NCBI RefSeq assembly: GCF_058153355.1
Contig: NZ_CM177019.1
Direction: 5' to 3' (one strand)
DNA length: 64,000 nt
Shown: positions 1-12,441 of the stretch, piece by piece
Layout of the letters: every line of letters begins with the position of its first letter
How positions within the stretch are numbered: position 1 is the stretch's first letter
Notes under the pieces: model-generated
The model's database searches: none
Told to the model about the DNA's origin: nothing
What the model saw: the letters and a program-made list of their open reading frames with translations, nothing else
Position numbers and translations under genes: made by a program

Positions 1-726
1 ATCAACCAGCCCCTGCATGGATGCCAGCTCGTTACCGAGGTTGTACACGTAGCCGCTCATGGTCTGAATGCCATTGAGCACAAACACTTGTTGGTTTTCC
101 TGCGACAGCACGTTGCGCCCGTTCGGATACTTAATGCAGCAGGTTTCACACTCATCTTTTGGGCGGTCTTCCGAACGCGCGGTAAAGCAGCGGGCGGAGT
201 AGGCCAGCGGCAGATGACCGTAGCTCAAGACTTCCACTTCAAACTGGTTGCGAATGCCCAGCTCATCGCACTGATTAAGCAGATTCACCAGCCAGTCGCG
301 GGAAAGTTCCACCGGCATACACCAGCGCATCATTCCCTGTTTGAGCAATATTTTCAGCGTCACCGCGTTGTAGCAGTTCAGAGCGTGTCCGGCGACGAAC
401 GGCAGTTTGCGCTCAGCGCACATATTCACCACGCCGAGATCGCTGGCTTCAATCAGAAACTCACCGTTCTCAACATAGCGTTTCAGTTCGCCCAGTTCGG
501 AGGATGCCTGCACCAGCGCCAGCGTGGAGAGCACAATCTGCTTGCCACTTCCGGCGAGCGATTTTGCCATCTCCAGCCAGTCGCCAACTTTGGTTGCCCG
601 GCGTTTGCTACAGACCGCTTCACCGAGATAAATCACGTCTGCGCTGCTGGCGGCGGCCTGCTGATAAAAATCTTCCAGCGTCTCTTTTGGCCAGTACCAC
701 AGCACCGGCCCTAAGGAATATTTCAT
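1..726 (-). CDS. ubiV: U32-family protein UbiV (YhbV); N-terminal part only, C-terminus lies beyond window start
   Basis: Minus-strand frame open to window edge; ATG at 726-724 gives MKYSLGPVLWYW..., matching UbiV by recall. The listed + ORF 88-714 is its antisense. Confidence 0.8.
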   Translation of the reverse strand, partial: MKYSLGPVLWYWPKETLEDFYQQAAASSADVIYLGEAVCSKRRATKVGDWLEMAKSLAGSGKQIVLSTLALVQASSELGELKRYVENGEFLIEASDLGVVNMCAERKLPFVAGHALNCYNAVTLKILLKQGMMRWCMPVELSRDWLVNLLNQCDELGIRNQFEVEVLSYGHLPLAYSARCFTARSEDRPKDECETCCIKYPNGRNVLSQENQQVFVLNGIQTMSGYVYNLGNELASMQGLVD

Positions 727-734
727 TACTTTTC

Positions 735-1730
735 TCACTGCCATTTACGGTGATACGCGCCAAGAGTGGTTTGTGTGCCTTCGGACATCGACCCGAGCGT
801 CTCCATCCACGCGCTTTGCGGCACGAAGTTTTGCGGATCGGCCTTACAACGGTCGATAGCCTGACGCCAGACTTTCGCTACCTGGCTGACATACGCAGGG
901 CTACGCTGGCGGCCTTCAATTTTCACCGAAGCGATATTCGCCGCCATTAACTCTGGCAGTAGCTCAAGGGTATTGAGACTGGTTGGTTCTTCCAGCGCAT
1001 GATAGCGCTCGCCGTCCACCAGATAACGCCCTTTACACAGCGTCGGATAACCTGCGTTTTCGCCGTCCTGATAACGGTCGATCAGCACTTCGTTCAGGCG
1101 AGATTCCAGCCCCTGCGGCGTTTGCTGCCAGCGCACGAAACGGGCCGGAGAACATGCCCCCACGGTGTTGGGCGACTCACCTGTCAGATACGACGACAGA
1201 TAGCAACGACCTTCCGACATAATGCACAGACTGCCGAAAGCGAACACTTCCAGTGGTACAGGCGTGACCCGCGCCAGTTGTTTCACCTGATGAATCGACA
1301 ACACGCGCGGCAGCACCACGCGGGCAACGTCAAAATGGCGATGATAAAAGTGAATCGCCTCTTCATTGGTTGCTGAAGCCTGCACTGACACATGACGTTC
1401 AATATGCGGGTATCGCTCGGCGGCGTACTCCAGCATGGCGAGGTCGGCGAGGATCAGCGCGTCGGCACCCAGCTGCGCCGCCATATCCACGGCGCGCTGC
1501 CAACGGGCGTAACCGTCCGGATGCGCAAAAGTGTTAATCGCGATGTGAAGTTTGCGGCGATGTTGATGGACAAAACTCACCGCTTCCTGCAATTTTTTCT
1601 CGGTAAAGTTAAGGCCGGCGAAGTGACGGGCATTGGTATCATCTTTTAGCCCGATATAAACAGCATCTGCGCCGTTTTCGATGGCCGCCTTAAGCGCCGG
1701 GAGATTTCCGGCAGGGCAGAGCAGCTCCAT
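735..1730 (-). CDS. ubiU: U32 peptidase-family protein UbiU (YhbU), O2-independent ubiquinone biosynthesis
   Basis: ORF 735-1757; start set at internal Met (MELLCPAGNLPALKAA...) to match recalled ~331 aa length. Confidence 0.88.
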   Translation of the reverse strand: MELLCPAGNLPALKAAIENGADAVYIGLKDDTNARHFAGLNFTEKKLQEAVSFVHQHRRKLHIAINTFAHPDGYARWQRAVDMAAQLGADALILADLAMLEYAAERYPHIERHVSVQASATNEEAIHFYHRHFDVARVVLPRVLSIHQVKQLARVTPVPLEVFAFGSLCIMSEGRCYLSSYLTGESPNTVGACSPARFVRWQQTPQGLESRLNEVLIDRYQDGENAGYPTLCKGRYLVDGERYHALEEPTSLNTLELLPELMAANIASVKIEGRQRSPAYVSQVAKVWRQAIDRCKADPQNFVPQSAWMETLGSMSEGTQTTLGAYHRKWQ

Positions 1731-1938
1731 AATTTTTCCTGAAGGGTGCGCTATCAAAACGCAAAAATGTTAACGAACTGGGATTTTAGTTAACCTTGCA
1801 GCGACAATTTTTGATTTAAGGCAGTTAAAGTTGTATTGGTGGTAGCAGCAATTTCATATGGAATTGTTGATTTATACCGCTATGTTATTTTTCTGATATG
1901 GCAAAATAGGATGATTGTTGAAACAGGGAGTAAAACTC

Positions 1939-2463
1939 GTGTTGGATAAACTGCGTTCCCGTATTGTGCATTTGGGGCCATCTCTGTTGAGTGTACCGGT
2001 AAAACTGACGCCATTTGCGCTAAAACGCCAGGTTCTTGAGCAGGTCTTAAGCTGGCAATTCCGCCAGGCGCTGGATGATGGCGAGCTGGAGTTTCTTGAA
2101 GGGCGCTGGTTAAGTATTCATGTGCGTGATATTGACCTGCAATGGTTTACCTCGGTGGTGAATGGCAAACTGGTCGTTAGCCAGAACGCGCAAGCTGATG
2201 TGAGTTTTAGTGCCGACGCCAGCGATCTGCTGATGATTGCGGCGCGTAAACAAGATCCGGATACGCTCTTCTTCCAGCGTCGGCTGGTGATTGAAGGCGA
2301 TACGGAGCTGGGGCTGTATGTGAAAAACCTGATGGACGCCATTGAACTGGAGCAAATGCCGAAAGCCTTACGCATGATGCTGCTGCAACTGGCGGATTTT
2401 GTTGAGGCGGGAATGAAAACCGCGCCTGAAACCAAACAGACATCGGTAGGTGAACCATGCTAA
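1939..2463 (+). CDS. ubiT: SCP2-domain lipid carrier UbiT (YhbT)
   Basis: ORF 1915-2463; GTG at 1939 preceded by GGGAG gives 174 aa; divergent from ubiUV. Confidence 0.82.
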   Translation: MLDKLRSRIVHLGPSLLSVPVKLTPFALKRQVLEQVLSWQFRQALDDGELEFLEGRWLSIHVRDIDLQWFTSVVNGKLVVSQNAQADVSFSADASDLLMIAARKQDPDTLFFQRRLVIEGDTELGLYVKNLMDAIELEQMPKALRMMLLQLADFVEAGMKTAPETKQTSVGEPC

Positions 2464-2960
2464 TTCGAGTAGAAATTCCCATTGATGCGCCGGGTATTGA
2501 TGCCCTGCTGCGTCGTTCATTCGAAAGCGATGCGGAAGCGAAGCTGGTTCACGATCTGCGTGAAGATGGCTTTCTGACGCTGGGGCTGGTGGCGACAGAT
2601 GACGAAGGTCAGGTCATTGGCTATGTGGCATTTAGTCCGGTTGATGTGCAGGGCGAAGACCTGCAATGGGTCGGCATGGCACCGCTGGCGGTAGATGAAA
2701 AATACCGTGGACAGGGGCTGGCACGCCAACTGGTCTATGAAGGACTCGATTCGCTTAATGAGTTCGGCTATGCCGCAGTGGTGACGCTGGGCGATCCGGC
2801 GCTGTACAGTCGTTTCGGCTTTGAACTGGCGGCGCATCACGATCTGCGTTGTCGTTGGCCGGGCACTGAAAGCGCCTTCCAGGTACATCGTTTAGCGGAT
2901 GATGCGCTGAACGGCGTAACCGGTCTGGTTGAGTATCACGAACACTTCAATCGCTTTTAA
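2457..2960 (+). CDS. yhbS: GNAT-family N-acetyltransferase YhbS
   Basis: 167 aa ORF overlapping the ubiT stop; acetyltransferase-like sequence. Confidence 0.85.
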   Translation: MLIRVEIPIDAPGIDALLRRSFESDAEAKLVHDLREDGFLTLGLVATDDEGQVIGYVAFSPVDVQGEDLQWVGMAPLAVDEKYRGQGLARQLVYEGLDSLNEFGYAAVVTLGDPALYSRFGFELAAHHDLRCRWPGTESAFQVHRLADDALNGVTGLVEYHEHFNRF

Positions 2961-3249
2961 TCTCCGGGGTTTGCAGGCTGCTCAACAGTTCTGCAAACCC
3001 TGCGCCTTCCGCTACCAGACGCTCTTTTTGCCGTTTGGTCAGTTGCTTGATGCGATATTCCATCCGTAACGCCAGCGAGCGGTCGCCCACTGGCGCGGAA
3101 AACGCCAGCGTCAGTTCTCCTTTCCCGCGCAGTGCTTTCGCCCCTTTTCCGCTTTGGTGCTGCTGATAGCGGCGTTCAACATCCGTAGTGATCCCGGTAT
3201 AAAGCTTATTGTCGGCGGTACGGATCAAGTAAAGAAACCAGGGTGTCAT
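2947..3249 (-). CDS. yhbQ: GIY-YIG domain protein YhbQ
   Basis: ORF 2947-3261; start at [19 protein letters not shown] (GIY-YIG motif), ~100 aa. Confidence 0.85.
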   Translation of the reverse strand: MTPWFLYLIRTADNKLYTGITTDVERRYQQHQSGKGAKALRGKGELTLAFSAPVGDRSLALRMEYRIKQLTKRQKERLVAEGAGFAELLSSLQTPEIKSD

Positions 3250-3298
3250 CGTCTGCGTCACATGTTAAGGTCAGCCCACAGTATAAAAGAGAACAGCT

Positions 3299-3721
3299 AT
3301 GGAAACACTCACCGCCATCAGCCGTTGGCTGGCAAAACAACATGTTGTCACCTGGTGTGTGCAGCAGGAAGGGGAATTGTGGTGCGCCAATGCCTTTTAT
3401 CTTTTTGATGCACAGAAAGTTGCCTTCTACATTTTGACGGAGGAAAAAACGCGTCACGCGCAGATGAGTGGGCCGCAGGCGGCAGTTGCTGGAACGGTAA
3501 ACGGTCAGCCGAAAACGGTAGCGTTAATTCGCGGCGTGCAGTTTAAAGGTGAGATCCGCAGACTGGAAGGTGAGGAAAGCGACCTCGCACGCAAGGCGTA
3601 TAATCGCCGCTTTCCGGTTGCCAGAATGCTGTCGGCGCCGGTGTGGGAAATCCGGCTCGATGAAATCAAATTCACCGACAACACGCTGGGCTTTGGTAAA
3701 AAAATGATTTGGTTACGTAAC

Positions 3722-3742
<21 letters not shown>
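3299..3742 (+). CDS. yhbP: UPF0306 protein YhbP
   Basis: 147 aa ORF at conserved position between yhbQ and yhbO. Confidence 0.8.
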
Positions 3743-4278
<536 letters not shown>

Positions 4279-4279
4279 T

Positions 4280-4330
<51 letters not shown>

Positions 4331-4357
4331 GGGAGCGCAAGGCAGACAATTCTGTAA

Positions 4358-5003
<646 letters not shown>

Positions 5004-5075
5004 TTATTCCCAAGAATTGATAGTGAGCGTAATATTCACGCGCTCAATTATCATGACTAATTCCTGGGGAATGCT

Positions 5076-6116
5076 ATGACTGGTCAGTCTTCATCTCAGG
5101 CGGCAACGCCCATTCAGTGGTGGAAACCCGCGCTTTTCTTTCTCGTTGTCATTGCCGGACTTTGGTATGTGAAATGGCAACCTTACTACGGTAAAGCCTT
5201 TACTGCCGCCGAAACTCACAGTATCGGTAAATCTATCCTTGCGCAGGCGGATGCTAATCCGTGGCAGGCGGCGTTGGATTACGCGATGGTCTATTTCCTC
5301 GCGGTTTGGAAAGCGGCGGTGCTGGGAGTGATCCTCGGGTCGTTGATTCAGGTGCTGATCCCGCGTGACTGGTTATTGCGTACGCTTGGGCAATCGCGCT
5401 TTCGCGGCACGCTGCTGGGAACGCTGTTTTCGCTGCCGGGCATGATGTGTACCTGCTGTGCGGCTCCGGTCGCGGCGGGAATGCGTCGCCAACAGGTGTC
5501 GATGGGCGGTGCGCTGGCATTCTGGATGGGGAATCCGTTGTTAAACCCGGCGACGCTGGTGTTTATGGGGTTTGTCCTCGGCTGGGGCTTTGCCGCGATT
5601 CGTCTGGTGGCGGGGCTGGTGATGGTGTTGCTGATTGCGACGCTGGTGCAAAAATGGGTGCGTGAAACACCGCAAACACAGGCACCGGTCGAAATTGACA
5701 TGCCGGAAGTGCAGGGCGGATTTTTTAGCCGCTGGGGCAGGGCGCTATGGACGCTTTTCTGGAGTACGATCCCGGTATATATCCTTGCCGTACTGGCGTT
5801 GGGTGCCGCTCGCGTCTGGTTATTCCCCCATGCCGATGGTGCTGTCGATGACAGCCTGATGTGGGTGATTGCGATGGCGGTAGCGGGATGCTTGTTTGTC
5901 ATTCCCACGGCAGCAGAAATTCCGATTGTACAAACGATGATGCTGGCAGGTATGGGAACCGCTCCGGCGCTGGCATTGTTGATGACGCTTCCTGCTGTAA
6001 GTTTGCCGTCGCTGATAATGTTGCGTAAAGCGTTCCCGGCGAAAGCCTTATGGCTGACGGGTGCGATGGTGGCGGTGTCTGGTGTGATTGTCGGCGGGCT
6101 GGCGCTGTTGTTCTGA
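5076..6116 (+). CDS. yraQ: Inner-membrane permease YraQ
   Basis: 346 aa hydrophobic multi-pass protein. Confidence 0.85.
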   Translation: MTGQSSSQAATPIQWWKPALFFLVVIAGLWYVKWQPYYGKAFTAAETHSIGKSILAQADANPWQAALDYAMVYFLAVWKAAVLGVILGSLIQVLIPRDWLLRTLGQSRFRGTLLGTLFSLPGMMCTCCAAPVAAGMRRQQVSMGGALAFWMGNPLLNPATLVFMGFVLGWGFAAIRLVAGLVMVLLIATLVQKWVRETPQTQAPVEIDMPEVQGGFFSRWGRALWTLFWSTIPVYILAVLALGAARVWLFPHADGAVDDSLMWVIAMAVAGCLFVIPTAAEIPIVQTMMLAGMGTAPALALLMTLPAVSLPSLIMLRKAFPAKALWLTGAMVAVSGVIVGGLALLF

Positions 6117-6130
6117 TTTGAGGGAAAACA

Positions 6131-6307
6131 TGTCGGATGCGGCGTAAACGCCTTATCCGACCTACGGTTTGCATCGTTGCAGGCCTGATAAGACGCGGCA
6201 AGCGTCGCATCAGGCAACGGCAGTCGGATGCGGCGCAGGCGCCTTATCTGACCTACGGTTTGTGTCGTGTAGGCCTGATAAGACGCGGCAAGCGTCGCAT
6301 CAGGCAT
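6131..6307. repeat. BIME/REP cluster (several inverted REP units)
   Basis: Repeated gcctgataagacgcg...cgtcgcatcaggc and cggatgcggcg...ccttatccg palindromic units. Confidence 0.85.
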
Positions 6308-6319
6308 TACAAGGTGCTG

Positions 6320-6895
6320 CTATTTAATAAACGTAAACGCTGTGGTTACACGTTTTACGCCGCTCACCCGACTGGCAATATCTGCCGCCGCTTTCGCTTC
6401 ACGTTCAGTCACCAGCCCCATCAGGAACACTTCACCGTTTTCGGTGGTCACTTTCACGTTGGACGATTTCACCAGGTCGCTGGTTAAGAGCTGCGAACGC
6501 ACTTTGGTGGTGATCCACGTATCGTTAGACGCTTCGCCCAGACCAATCGGCTGGCCCTGACGAATCTCGTTATACACTTCGTTGGCACCGTCTACGCCCA
6601 TCGCAATTTGTTTAGCGCGAGCCGAAAGTTCAGCGTTTGGTGACTGCCCAACCAGCAGCACTTTGCCCTGATAGGCCGTTACATTAATGCGAGCTTCTTT
6701 CTTGATTTGTTCGTCTTTCGACAATGCGCTGTTCACGCGCACTTCCAGGGTTCCATCGTCCACCTGGGTGCCGACACTGCGTGGGTCAGTTGCGGCTTTT
6801 GTACCCACAGCCGCGGTGCCCACTACGGCGGCAGCAACGCAACCTTGCAACAGCAGTGCGGAAATAAGGACTGCGATTGGCGATAATGCCTTCAT
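6320..6895 (-). CDS. dolP: BON-domain outer-membrane lipoprotein DolP (YraP)
   Basis: 191 aa with lipoprotein signal (LLQGC) and dual BON-like domains. Confidence 0.9.
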   Translation of the reverse strand: MKALSPIAVLISALLLQGCVAAAVVGTAAVGTKAATDPRSVGTQVDDGTLEVRVNSALSKDEQIKKEARINVTAYQGKVLLVGQSPNAELSARAKQIAMGVDGANEVYNEIRQGQPIGLGEASNDTWITTKVRSQLLTSDLVKSSNVKVTTENGEVFLMGLVTEREAKAAADIASRVSGVKRVTTAFTFIK

Positions 6896-6904
6896 GTATT
6901 CTCC

Positions 6905-7495
6905 TTAAACATCCTGGTGAGGGAAAAGCGTGTTATCGATCAGATCGCACAAGCAATTTACCGTCAGCATATGCATTTCCTGAATGCGAGCACTACGATG
7001 CGAAGGAATGCGGATCTCCACATCCTGTGGCCCTAACAACCCTGCAAGTTCGCCGCCGTCATAACCGGTCAATGCCACAATGGTCATATCACGCGTAACG
7101 GCGGCTTCAACTGCTTTAACAATATCGCGGCTGTTGCCACGGGTGGAAATGGCTAATAACACATCTCCCGCATGACCCAGCGCCCGCACTTGTTTTGCAT
7201 ACACTTCATCATGCAAACGATCGTTGGCAATCGCCGTTAAGACAACATTATCAGTATTTAGTGCAATGGCAGGTAAGCTGGGCCGCTCCGTTTCGAAACG
7301 GTTGATCATGCTGGCAGCAAAATGCTGTGCGTTGGCAGCAGAAGTTCCATTACCACAACAGAGGATTTTGTTGCCATTGAGCAGAGACTGAACCAGCGTC
7401 ATGGCTGCACGGGAGATGGCATCCGGAAGCGCCTCTGCTGCCGCAATTTGAGTTTGAATGCTTTCAGTGAAGCAAGCTTTAATTCGTTCTTGCAC
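6905..7495 (-). CDS. diaA: DnaA initiator-associating protein DiaA (SIS domain)
   Basis: 196 aa SIS-domain protein. Confidence 0.9.
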
Positions 7496-7514
7496 GCTAA
7501 TCCTTAAACCTTAA

Positions 7515-7910
7515 TTATGAGTGGTCATTAAAGGCATCCTTAATCCACTCAACTTCATTCCCGGTGAAGGCTACCACATCGAACCGGCAATCCACAGTAT
7601 CAAAACTCCCATTATGACGCGCGAGCCACAAGCGGGCAGTCTGTAATAATTTGTGTTGTTTGCTGCGGGTCACACTGGCTGCCGCACCACCGTAAAGGGC
7701 TGAGCGGCGGTAACGCACCTCGACAAAAACGGTGGTCCTGCCTTCACGCATTATCAGATCGATCTCGCCGCCACGCTCGTTCACGTTAGCGGCGACAAAC
7801 CGCAGTCCTTTGCTCTCCAGCCAGCGACGCGCTTGTGCTTCCCACGCATCGCCGGTCTGTTTAGTGGTTAACTGGCGGGGACTACCTGACCTTGTTGGTA
7901 CTGTAGCCAT
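7515..7910 (-). CDS. yraN: UPF0102 protein YraN
   Basis: 131 aa ORF; 3' end overlaps lpoA start by ~43 nt. Confidence 0.85.
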   Translation of the reverse strand: MATVPTRSGSPRQLTTKQTGDAWEAQARRWLESKGLRFVAANVNERGGEIDLIMREGRTTVFVEVRYRRSALYGGAAASVTRSKQHKLLQTARLWLARHNGSFDTVDCRFDVVAFTGNEVEWIKDAFNDHS

Positions 7911-9904
7911 GATAACTTCCTGTTAATTACGCAATCCGGGTTAGCCGTCAGACTTCCGGTATTACCGTTGATTTCGAAACCCTGAACCTGGCGCATTTGT
8001 GAGAAATGATTTGCCAACGACCAGGCATCAACGCCCATCGCATACATGCGAGCCAGCGAATAATCGTTATTCACCGCACTGAGCGCCTGCTGCATTAATG
8101 GCAGATTACCGCCTGCCAGCATCGGGATTTCGCTATATTGCAAACCTTCCATTTCCAGACGGAAATCCGGACCCGCGGTGCCTTGTGCGCTTCGGGAGCT
8201 GGCGTACAGCGTTGCACCGCTCTGGCTACCGTTACGCATGGCGATCATCGGTTTGATAAAAGCGATTTCGCCCGGCGTTGCCACAATGTACACCGCATCG
8301 ACACGGCCGCCATTATTGGTGAACTGGTCATCGGTTGGCGTGGTTTGCAGCGTTGGATTGTTGGTCGTTATGCCTGAGTCGGTTGTCGCTCTGGGAGTAA
8401 TCGGGCTACCGGTTAAAGCGATACCAGAACCACCGTTAACACCCGCGCGTAATTCGCTGGTGGAACCAAATTTTTGTTGCAAAACGGTGCCGCCACCCAG
8501 TTTCTGCCACTCTTGCGCAAACGCATTGGCTACGCGATCGCCCAATGAACTGCGTGGGATCAGCACCAGCGGCGCTTGTTTACCCTGGTCACGAATATGA
8601 CGCGCTGCATCGCGCGCTTCGTCTTCCGGTGAAAGCGCGAAGTAACAAATATTGACGCGGTTTTCGATATTTTCTGGCTGGTTCAGTGCCAGCACGTTCA
8701 GCGGGGTGTTGCTTTTCAGTAACTCTTCAACGTTATTTTTCAGCAACGGACCGACCACAATACTCGCGCCATCCTGCTGAACCTGGTTGAGGATCTGGCT
8801 AAGCGGTTGTGATGAGGTATCATAAATTTTCAGCTCTGCGGATGGATTCGCGGGGGCGCTTACCGCCGCAGTGCTTGCCGCCGGGGCGCTTACAGGCACT
8901 GGTTGAGCCGCGGTTTCTTCGCCTGTCAGATCGCTAACCGAGGCTTGTGCCGGGCTGGCAACGCCATCCACGGTTTGCGGCTGAGGTTGTTCTGCTACGT
9001 CTGCGGCAGGTGCGGCAGCTACCTGAGCCGCCACTGGCTGAGTGCCGATATTTTTTGCCGCTTCAAAGCCTTGCTGAATAGTGCGACCAAATACCGCTGC
9101 CTGGCCATTCAGTGGCAACAGCAGGGCGATTTTGTTGGTCGATGCGGGTTTAAATGCTTTTACGTTTACCAACTGCGTAGGCAGCATTTTCGCGCCCGGG
9201 TTGTTCGGATAACGTTTCTGCCAGTCGGCGATCCCAGCTTTCATCATGTCGGGATCGTTACGGTTATCAAACCAGATGCGCTGCAGATCAAGCCAGCCTT
9301 GCAGAATATTTTCGTCGGCGTTGATCACCAGCGTATTCGCCTGGTCCTGAGTCATGGAGGAGAGTGCCTGCCATGTAGCATCAATATTCTGTTGCTTTTC
9401 TTTCGCGCCGAGCAGGGGTTCCTGAGCAATTAAGGCGCGCAGTAAATCAATGGAAGGACGCCCCTGGCTGGCATCGATTTTTGCCTGCCAGTAACGCGCT
9501 TGCTGGTTTTGTTCTAAATCTGCAGGTGTGATTTTCGCCAGCAAGTTTTGCGCGCCAGCAAAATCTTTCTGCGCCAGCTTAATTTCTACTGCCAGAAGAG
9601 TTTTCTCGCGACGCTGGTAATCGTTCAGTTCCTGCGGCAGTTGGTTAAACAGCTCCACCGCCTGCCCGGTTTTACCTTCTTTCACCAGTGTACGAATGGC
9701 GAGTAATTGCCAGTTGATCCTGGTATCATCAGCGCTTTGCTGCATCTGCTGAAGATAAAAGGCAGAATCAGCCTGCGCCGTGCCCTGCATATAAGCAGTG
9801 GACTGATCGGGAGTATGGGTGCCACAACCGGCGAAAATCAGGGCTGCCAGAACAACAGGCAGACAACGCGCGGCTTTCAAACGAGAAAATGTTGAGGGTA
9901 CCAT
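7868..9904 (-). CDS. lpoA: Outer-membrane lipoprotein LpoA, activator of PBP1A
   Basis: ORF 7868-9934; start at [10 protein letters not shown], lipobox LIFAGC, TPR-like N-terminus. Confidence 0.9.
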   Translation of the reverse strand: MVPSTFSRLKAARCLPVVLAALIFAGCGTHTPDQSTAYMQGTAQADSAFYLQQMQQSADDTRINWQLLAIRTLVKEGKTGQAVELFNQLPQELNDYQRREKTLLAVEIKLAQKDFAGAQNLLAKITPADLEQNQQARYWQAKIDASQGRPSIDLLRALIAQEPLLGAKEKQQNIDATWQALSSMTQDQANTLVINADENILQGWLDLQRIWFDNRNDPDMMKAGIADWQKRYPNNPGAKMLPTQLVNVKAFKPASTNKIALLLPLNGQAAVFGRTIQQGFEAAKNIGTQPVAAQVAAAPAADVAEQPQPQTVDGVASPAQASVSDLTGEETAAQPVPVSAPAASTAAVSAPANPSAELKIYDTSSQPLSQILNQVQQDGASIVVGPLLKNNVEELLKSNTPLNVLALNQPENIENRVNICYFALSPEDEARDAARHIRDQGKQAPLVLIPRSSLGDRVANAFAQEWQKLGGGTVLQQKFGSTSELRAGVNGGSGIALTGSPITPRATTDSGITTNNPTLQTTPTDDQFTNNGGRVDAVYIVATPGEIAFIKPMIAMRNGSQSGATLYASSRSAQGTAGPDFRLEMEGLQYSEIPMLAGGNLPLMQQALSAVNNDYSLARMYAMGVDAWSLANHFSQMRQVQGFEINGNTGSLTANPDCVINRKLSWLQYQQGQVVPAS

Positions 9905-9968
9905 AATGTATCCAGTGATATTTTTTTTACGCAATGCTCAATATTAAATCGGCAATACGGACGACACA

Positions 9969-10832
9969 ATGAAACAACACCAATCGGCGGATAATTCTCA
10001 GGGCCAGCTTTACATTGTACCGACGCCAATCGGCAATCTGGCGGATATCACCCAGCGTGCGTTGGAGGTATTACAGGCCGTTGATCTGATTGCCGCCGAG
10101 GATACGCGTCACACCGGTTTATTGCTGCAACATTTTGGGATTAATGCTCGGTTGTTTGCGCTGCACGACCATAACGAACAACAAAAAGCCGAAACGCTGC
10201 TGGCGAAGCTGCAGGAAGGGCAAAACATTGCGCTGGTTTCCGATGCCGGAACGCCGCTAATTAACGATCCTGGCTACCATCTGGTGCGTACCTGCCGTGA
10301 AGCGGGCATTCGCGTGGTGCCGCTACCTGGACCGTGTGCTGCTATCACTGCTTTAAGCGCCGCGGGTTTACCATCCGATCGTTTTTGTTATGAAGGCTTT
10401 TTACCTGCCAAATCAAAAGGCCGTCGTGATGCGCTAAAAGCCATTGAAGCGGAGCCGCGTACGTTGATTTTTTATGAATCCACCCACCGTCTGTTAGATA
10501 GCCTGGAAGATATCGTTGCTGTGCTGGGTGAGTCCCGTTACGTGGTGCTGGCGCGTGAGCTCACCAAAACCTGGGAAACCATTCACGGCGCGCCCGTTGG
10601 CGAGCTGCTGGCGTGGGTCAAAGAAGATGAAAACCGTCGCAAAGGCGAAATGGTGCTGATTGTCGAAGGTCATAAAGCACAGGAAGAAGACTTACCCGCC
10701 GATGCCCTGCGCACGCTGGCGTTGTTACAGGCTGAGCTTCCGCTGAAGAAAGCGGCGGCGCTGGCGGCAGAGATTCACGGCGTGAAAAAAAACGCGCTGT
10801 ATAAGTATGCGCTGGAGCAGCAGGGGGAGTGA
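9969..10832 (+). CDS. rsmI: 16S rRNA 2'-O-methyltransferase RsmI
   Basis: 287 aa tetrapyrrole-methylase-fold protein. Confidence 0.9.
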
Positions 10833-10881
10833 TTACTGGCGTCGCAGCAAGAATAGAGCTGCAACGCCTACACCGGACGAT

Positions 10882-11649
10882 TTAACGACGACACATCTCA
10901 TCAATCATGCATGTGAAATAGTTATGCAGCCATAAAAACGAAGCCGGGATAGCGGTAGAGACTTTAGCCGTGAGAAAACGTTCTGTCGCATCCTGCTTTC
11001 CTTCGCCAGTTATCAGTAGCAAAACTTCGCGGGTATTGAGAATATCCTTCAGGCCTAAGGTGATCCCACGAGTCACGGGGCGACCCGCGGTTTTTAGCAT
11101 CTCATGTTGCTGTGTTCTGGCATCAAGTTGACTGATATGGCAGGCCGGTTGCAGGCTTTCTCCCGGTTCGTTCAGCCCAAGATGACCGTTTTTCCCCAAT
11201 CCGAGAACGCATAAATCCAGACCGCCTTTGCGCGCAATCAGGTTCGTTACCCGTTCGCACTCTGTCTCATTTATCTCTTCGGAGCGAAAGCTGATGAGCT
11301 GGTCTTCACGTAGCCCCAGCGGCTGCACGATATGCTGTTGAAGGAAAGTTTCGCAGGTGCCAGGCATCGTTAATGGCAGATCCACCCATTCGTCGAGCTT
11401 CACGAAGGTGAGCTGGCTGACATCAACCTGCTGCTGGTGGATTTTTTCTACCAGATAATGATACGTCAGTAATGGCGTGGCTCCGGTCGCCAGGCAAATC
11501 ACGGCATCCGGTTTGCTACGGATCACGGCCAATAAATATTCGCTGGCACGTTCACTTAACGCCGTATAGTTTTCAACTTGTTGAAGGGTTTGCACAGGAT
11601 GAAATTCCTTTAGTAAAGAGGCACCACCAGACGCAGTGCCTCGTTCCAT
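10882..11649 (-). CDS. agaI: Galactosamine-6-phosphate deaminase/isomerase AgaI (NagB family)
   Basis: 255 aa NagB-like ORF; ATG overlaps agaD stop. Confidence 0.85.
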   Translation of the reverse strand: MERGTASGGASLLKEFHPVQTLQQVENYTALSERASEYLLAVIRSKPDAVICLATGATPLLTYHYLVEKIHQQQVDVSQLTFVKLDEWVDLPLTMPGTCETFLQQHIVQPLGLREDQLISFRSEEINETECERVTNLIARKGGLDLCVLGLGKNGHLGLNEPGESLQPACHISQLDARTQQHEMLKTAGRPVTRGITLGLKDILNTREVLLLITGEGKQDATERFLTAKVSTAIPASFLWLHNYFTCMIDEMCRR

Positions 11650-12441
11650 TTACAAAATGCCGAATGCGGAACAAACAATAGAGAGCACAAAAGTCACGCC
11701 GATTAACAGCACCGGATGCGCTTTTTTCACCCGCAGGAAGTAATACATCAACAGGGTGTAGGCCATCGGTAAAATGTTCGGGAAGACTTTATCGAAGAAA
11801 TCCTGCTGCAGCGCGACGCTGTGGGTACTGTCGATGGCAAACGATGTCACCACGTTAATATGCACATACGAAGCGATCAGCCCGCCGATTACCGTGATCC
11901 CGAGGATGGTTGCCGAACGAGCAATCATCTGCGAGTTCTCTCGCACTTTATCGATCGCCTTCACGCCGACTGAATAACCGACGTGGGTCCAGCCGACGCG
12001 CAGGAAAAAGATAAGCAGGTAAACGGCGAAAAATAGAATCGGCCCCAGCAAGTTTCCCTGGCTGGCAAATGATGAGCAAATTCCCGCCATAATCGGCAAT
12101 AAGGTAAACCAGAAAATCGCATCGCCAATCCCGGCGATTGGGCCAAACAGTGCCACTTTGAGGCCTTTAATGGTGTCGCGGTTTTCTCCTTTTTCTTCCA
12201 TCGAAATTAATAACCCCATCAGGAATCCGACCAGATTCGGGTGGGTATTAATAAATTCGAGGTTATCTTTCATCGCCGCGCTTAGGCCCGGTTTATCGTC
12301 CTTATAAATCTTTTTCAGGATCGGCAACATCGCCCAGGTAAAACCGCCCGCCTGCATCCTTTCGTAGTTAAAGCTTGCTTGTAGCAGTGACGAACGAAAG
12401 CCCAGACGGGTGATATCTTTTTTACTGATTTCAGATCCCAT
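11650..12441 (-). CDS. agaD: PTS galactosamine EIID AgaD
   Basis: ORF 11650-12588; start at MGSEISKKDITRLGF, mannose-family IID. Confidence 0.88.
   Translation of the reverse strand: MGSEISKKDITRLGFRSSLLQASFNYERMQAGGFTWAMLPILKKIYKDDKPGLSAAMKDNLEFINTHPNLVGFLMGLLISMEEKGENRDTIKGLKVALFGPIAGIGDAIFWFTLLPIMAGICSSFASQGNLLGPILFFAVYLLIFFLRVGWTHVGYSVGVKAIDKVRENSQMIARSATILGITVIGGLIASYVHINVVTSFAIDSTHSVALQQDFFDKVFPNILPMAYTLLMYYFLRVKKAHPVLLIGVTFVLSIVCSAFGIL

Noticed and set aside
88-714. 208 aa + strand ORF at the window start
   Set aside because: It lies antisense to the ubiV reading frame, which has a clear U32-family translation; its own translation is H/R/F-rich with no protein-like features.
5348-6307. 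319 aa minus-strand ORF
   Set aside because: Antisense to yraQ and running into the REP cluster; low-complexity translation.
6137-6487. 116 aa + strand ORF (MRRKRLIRPTVCIVAGLIRRGKRRIR...)
   Set aside because: Its 5' half is translated REP/BIME palindromes and its 3' half is antisense to dolP; a classic REP-derived artefact.
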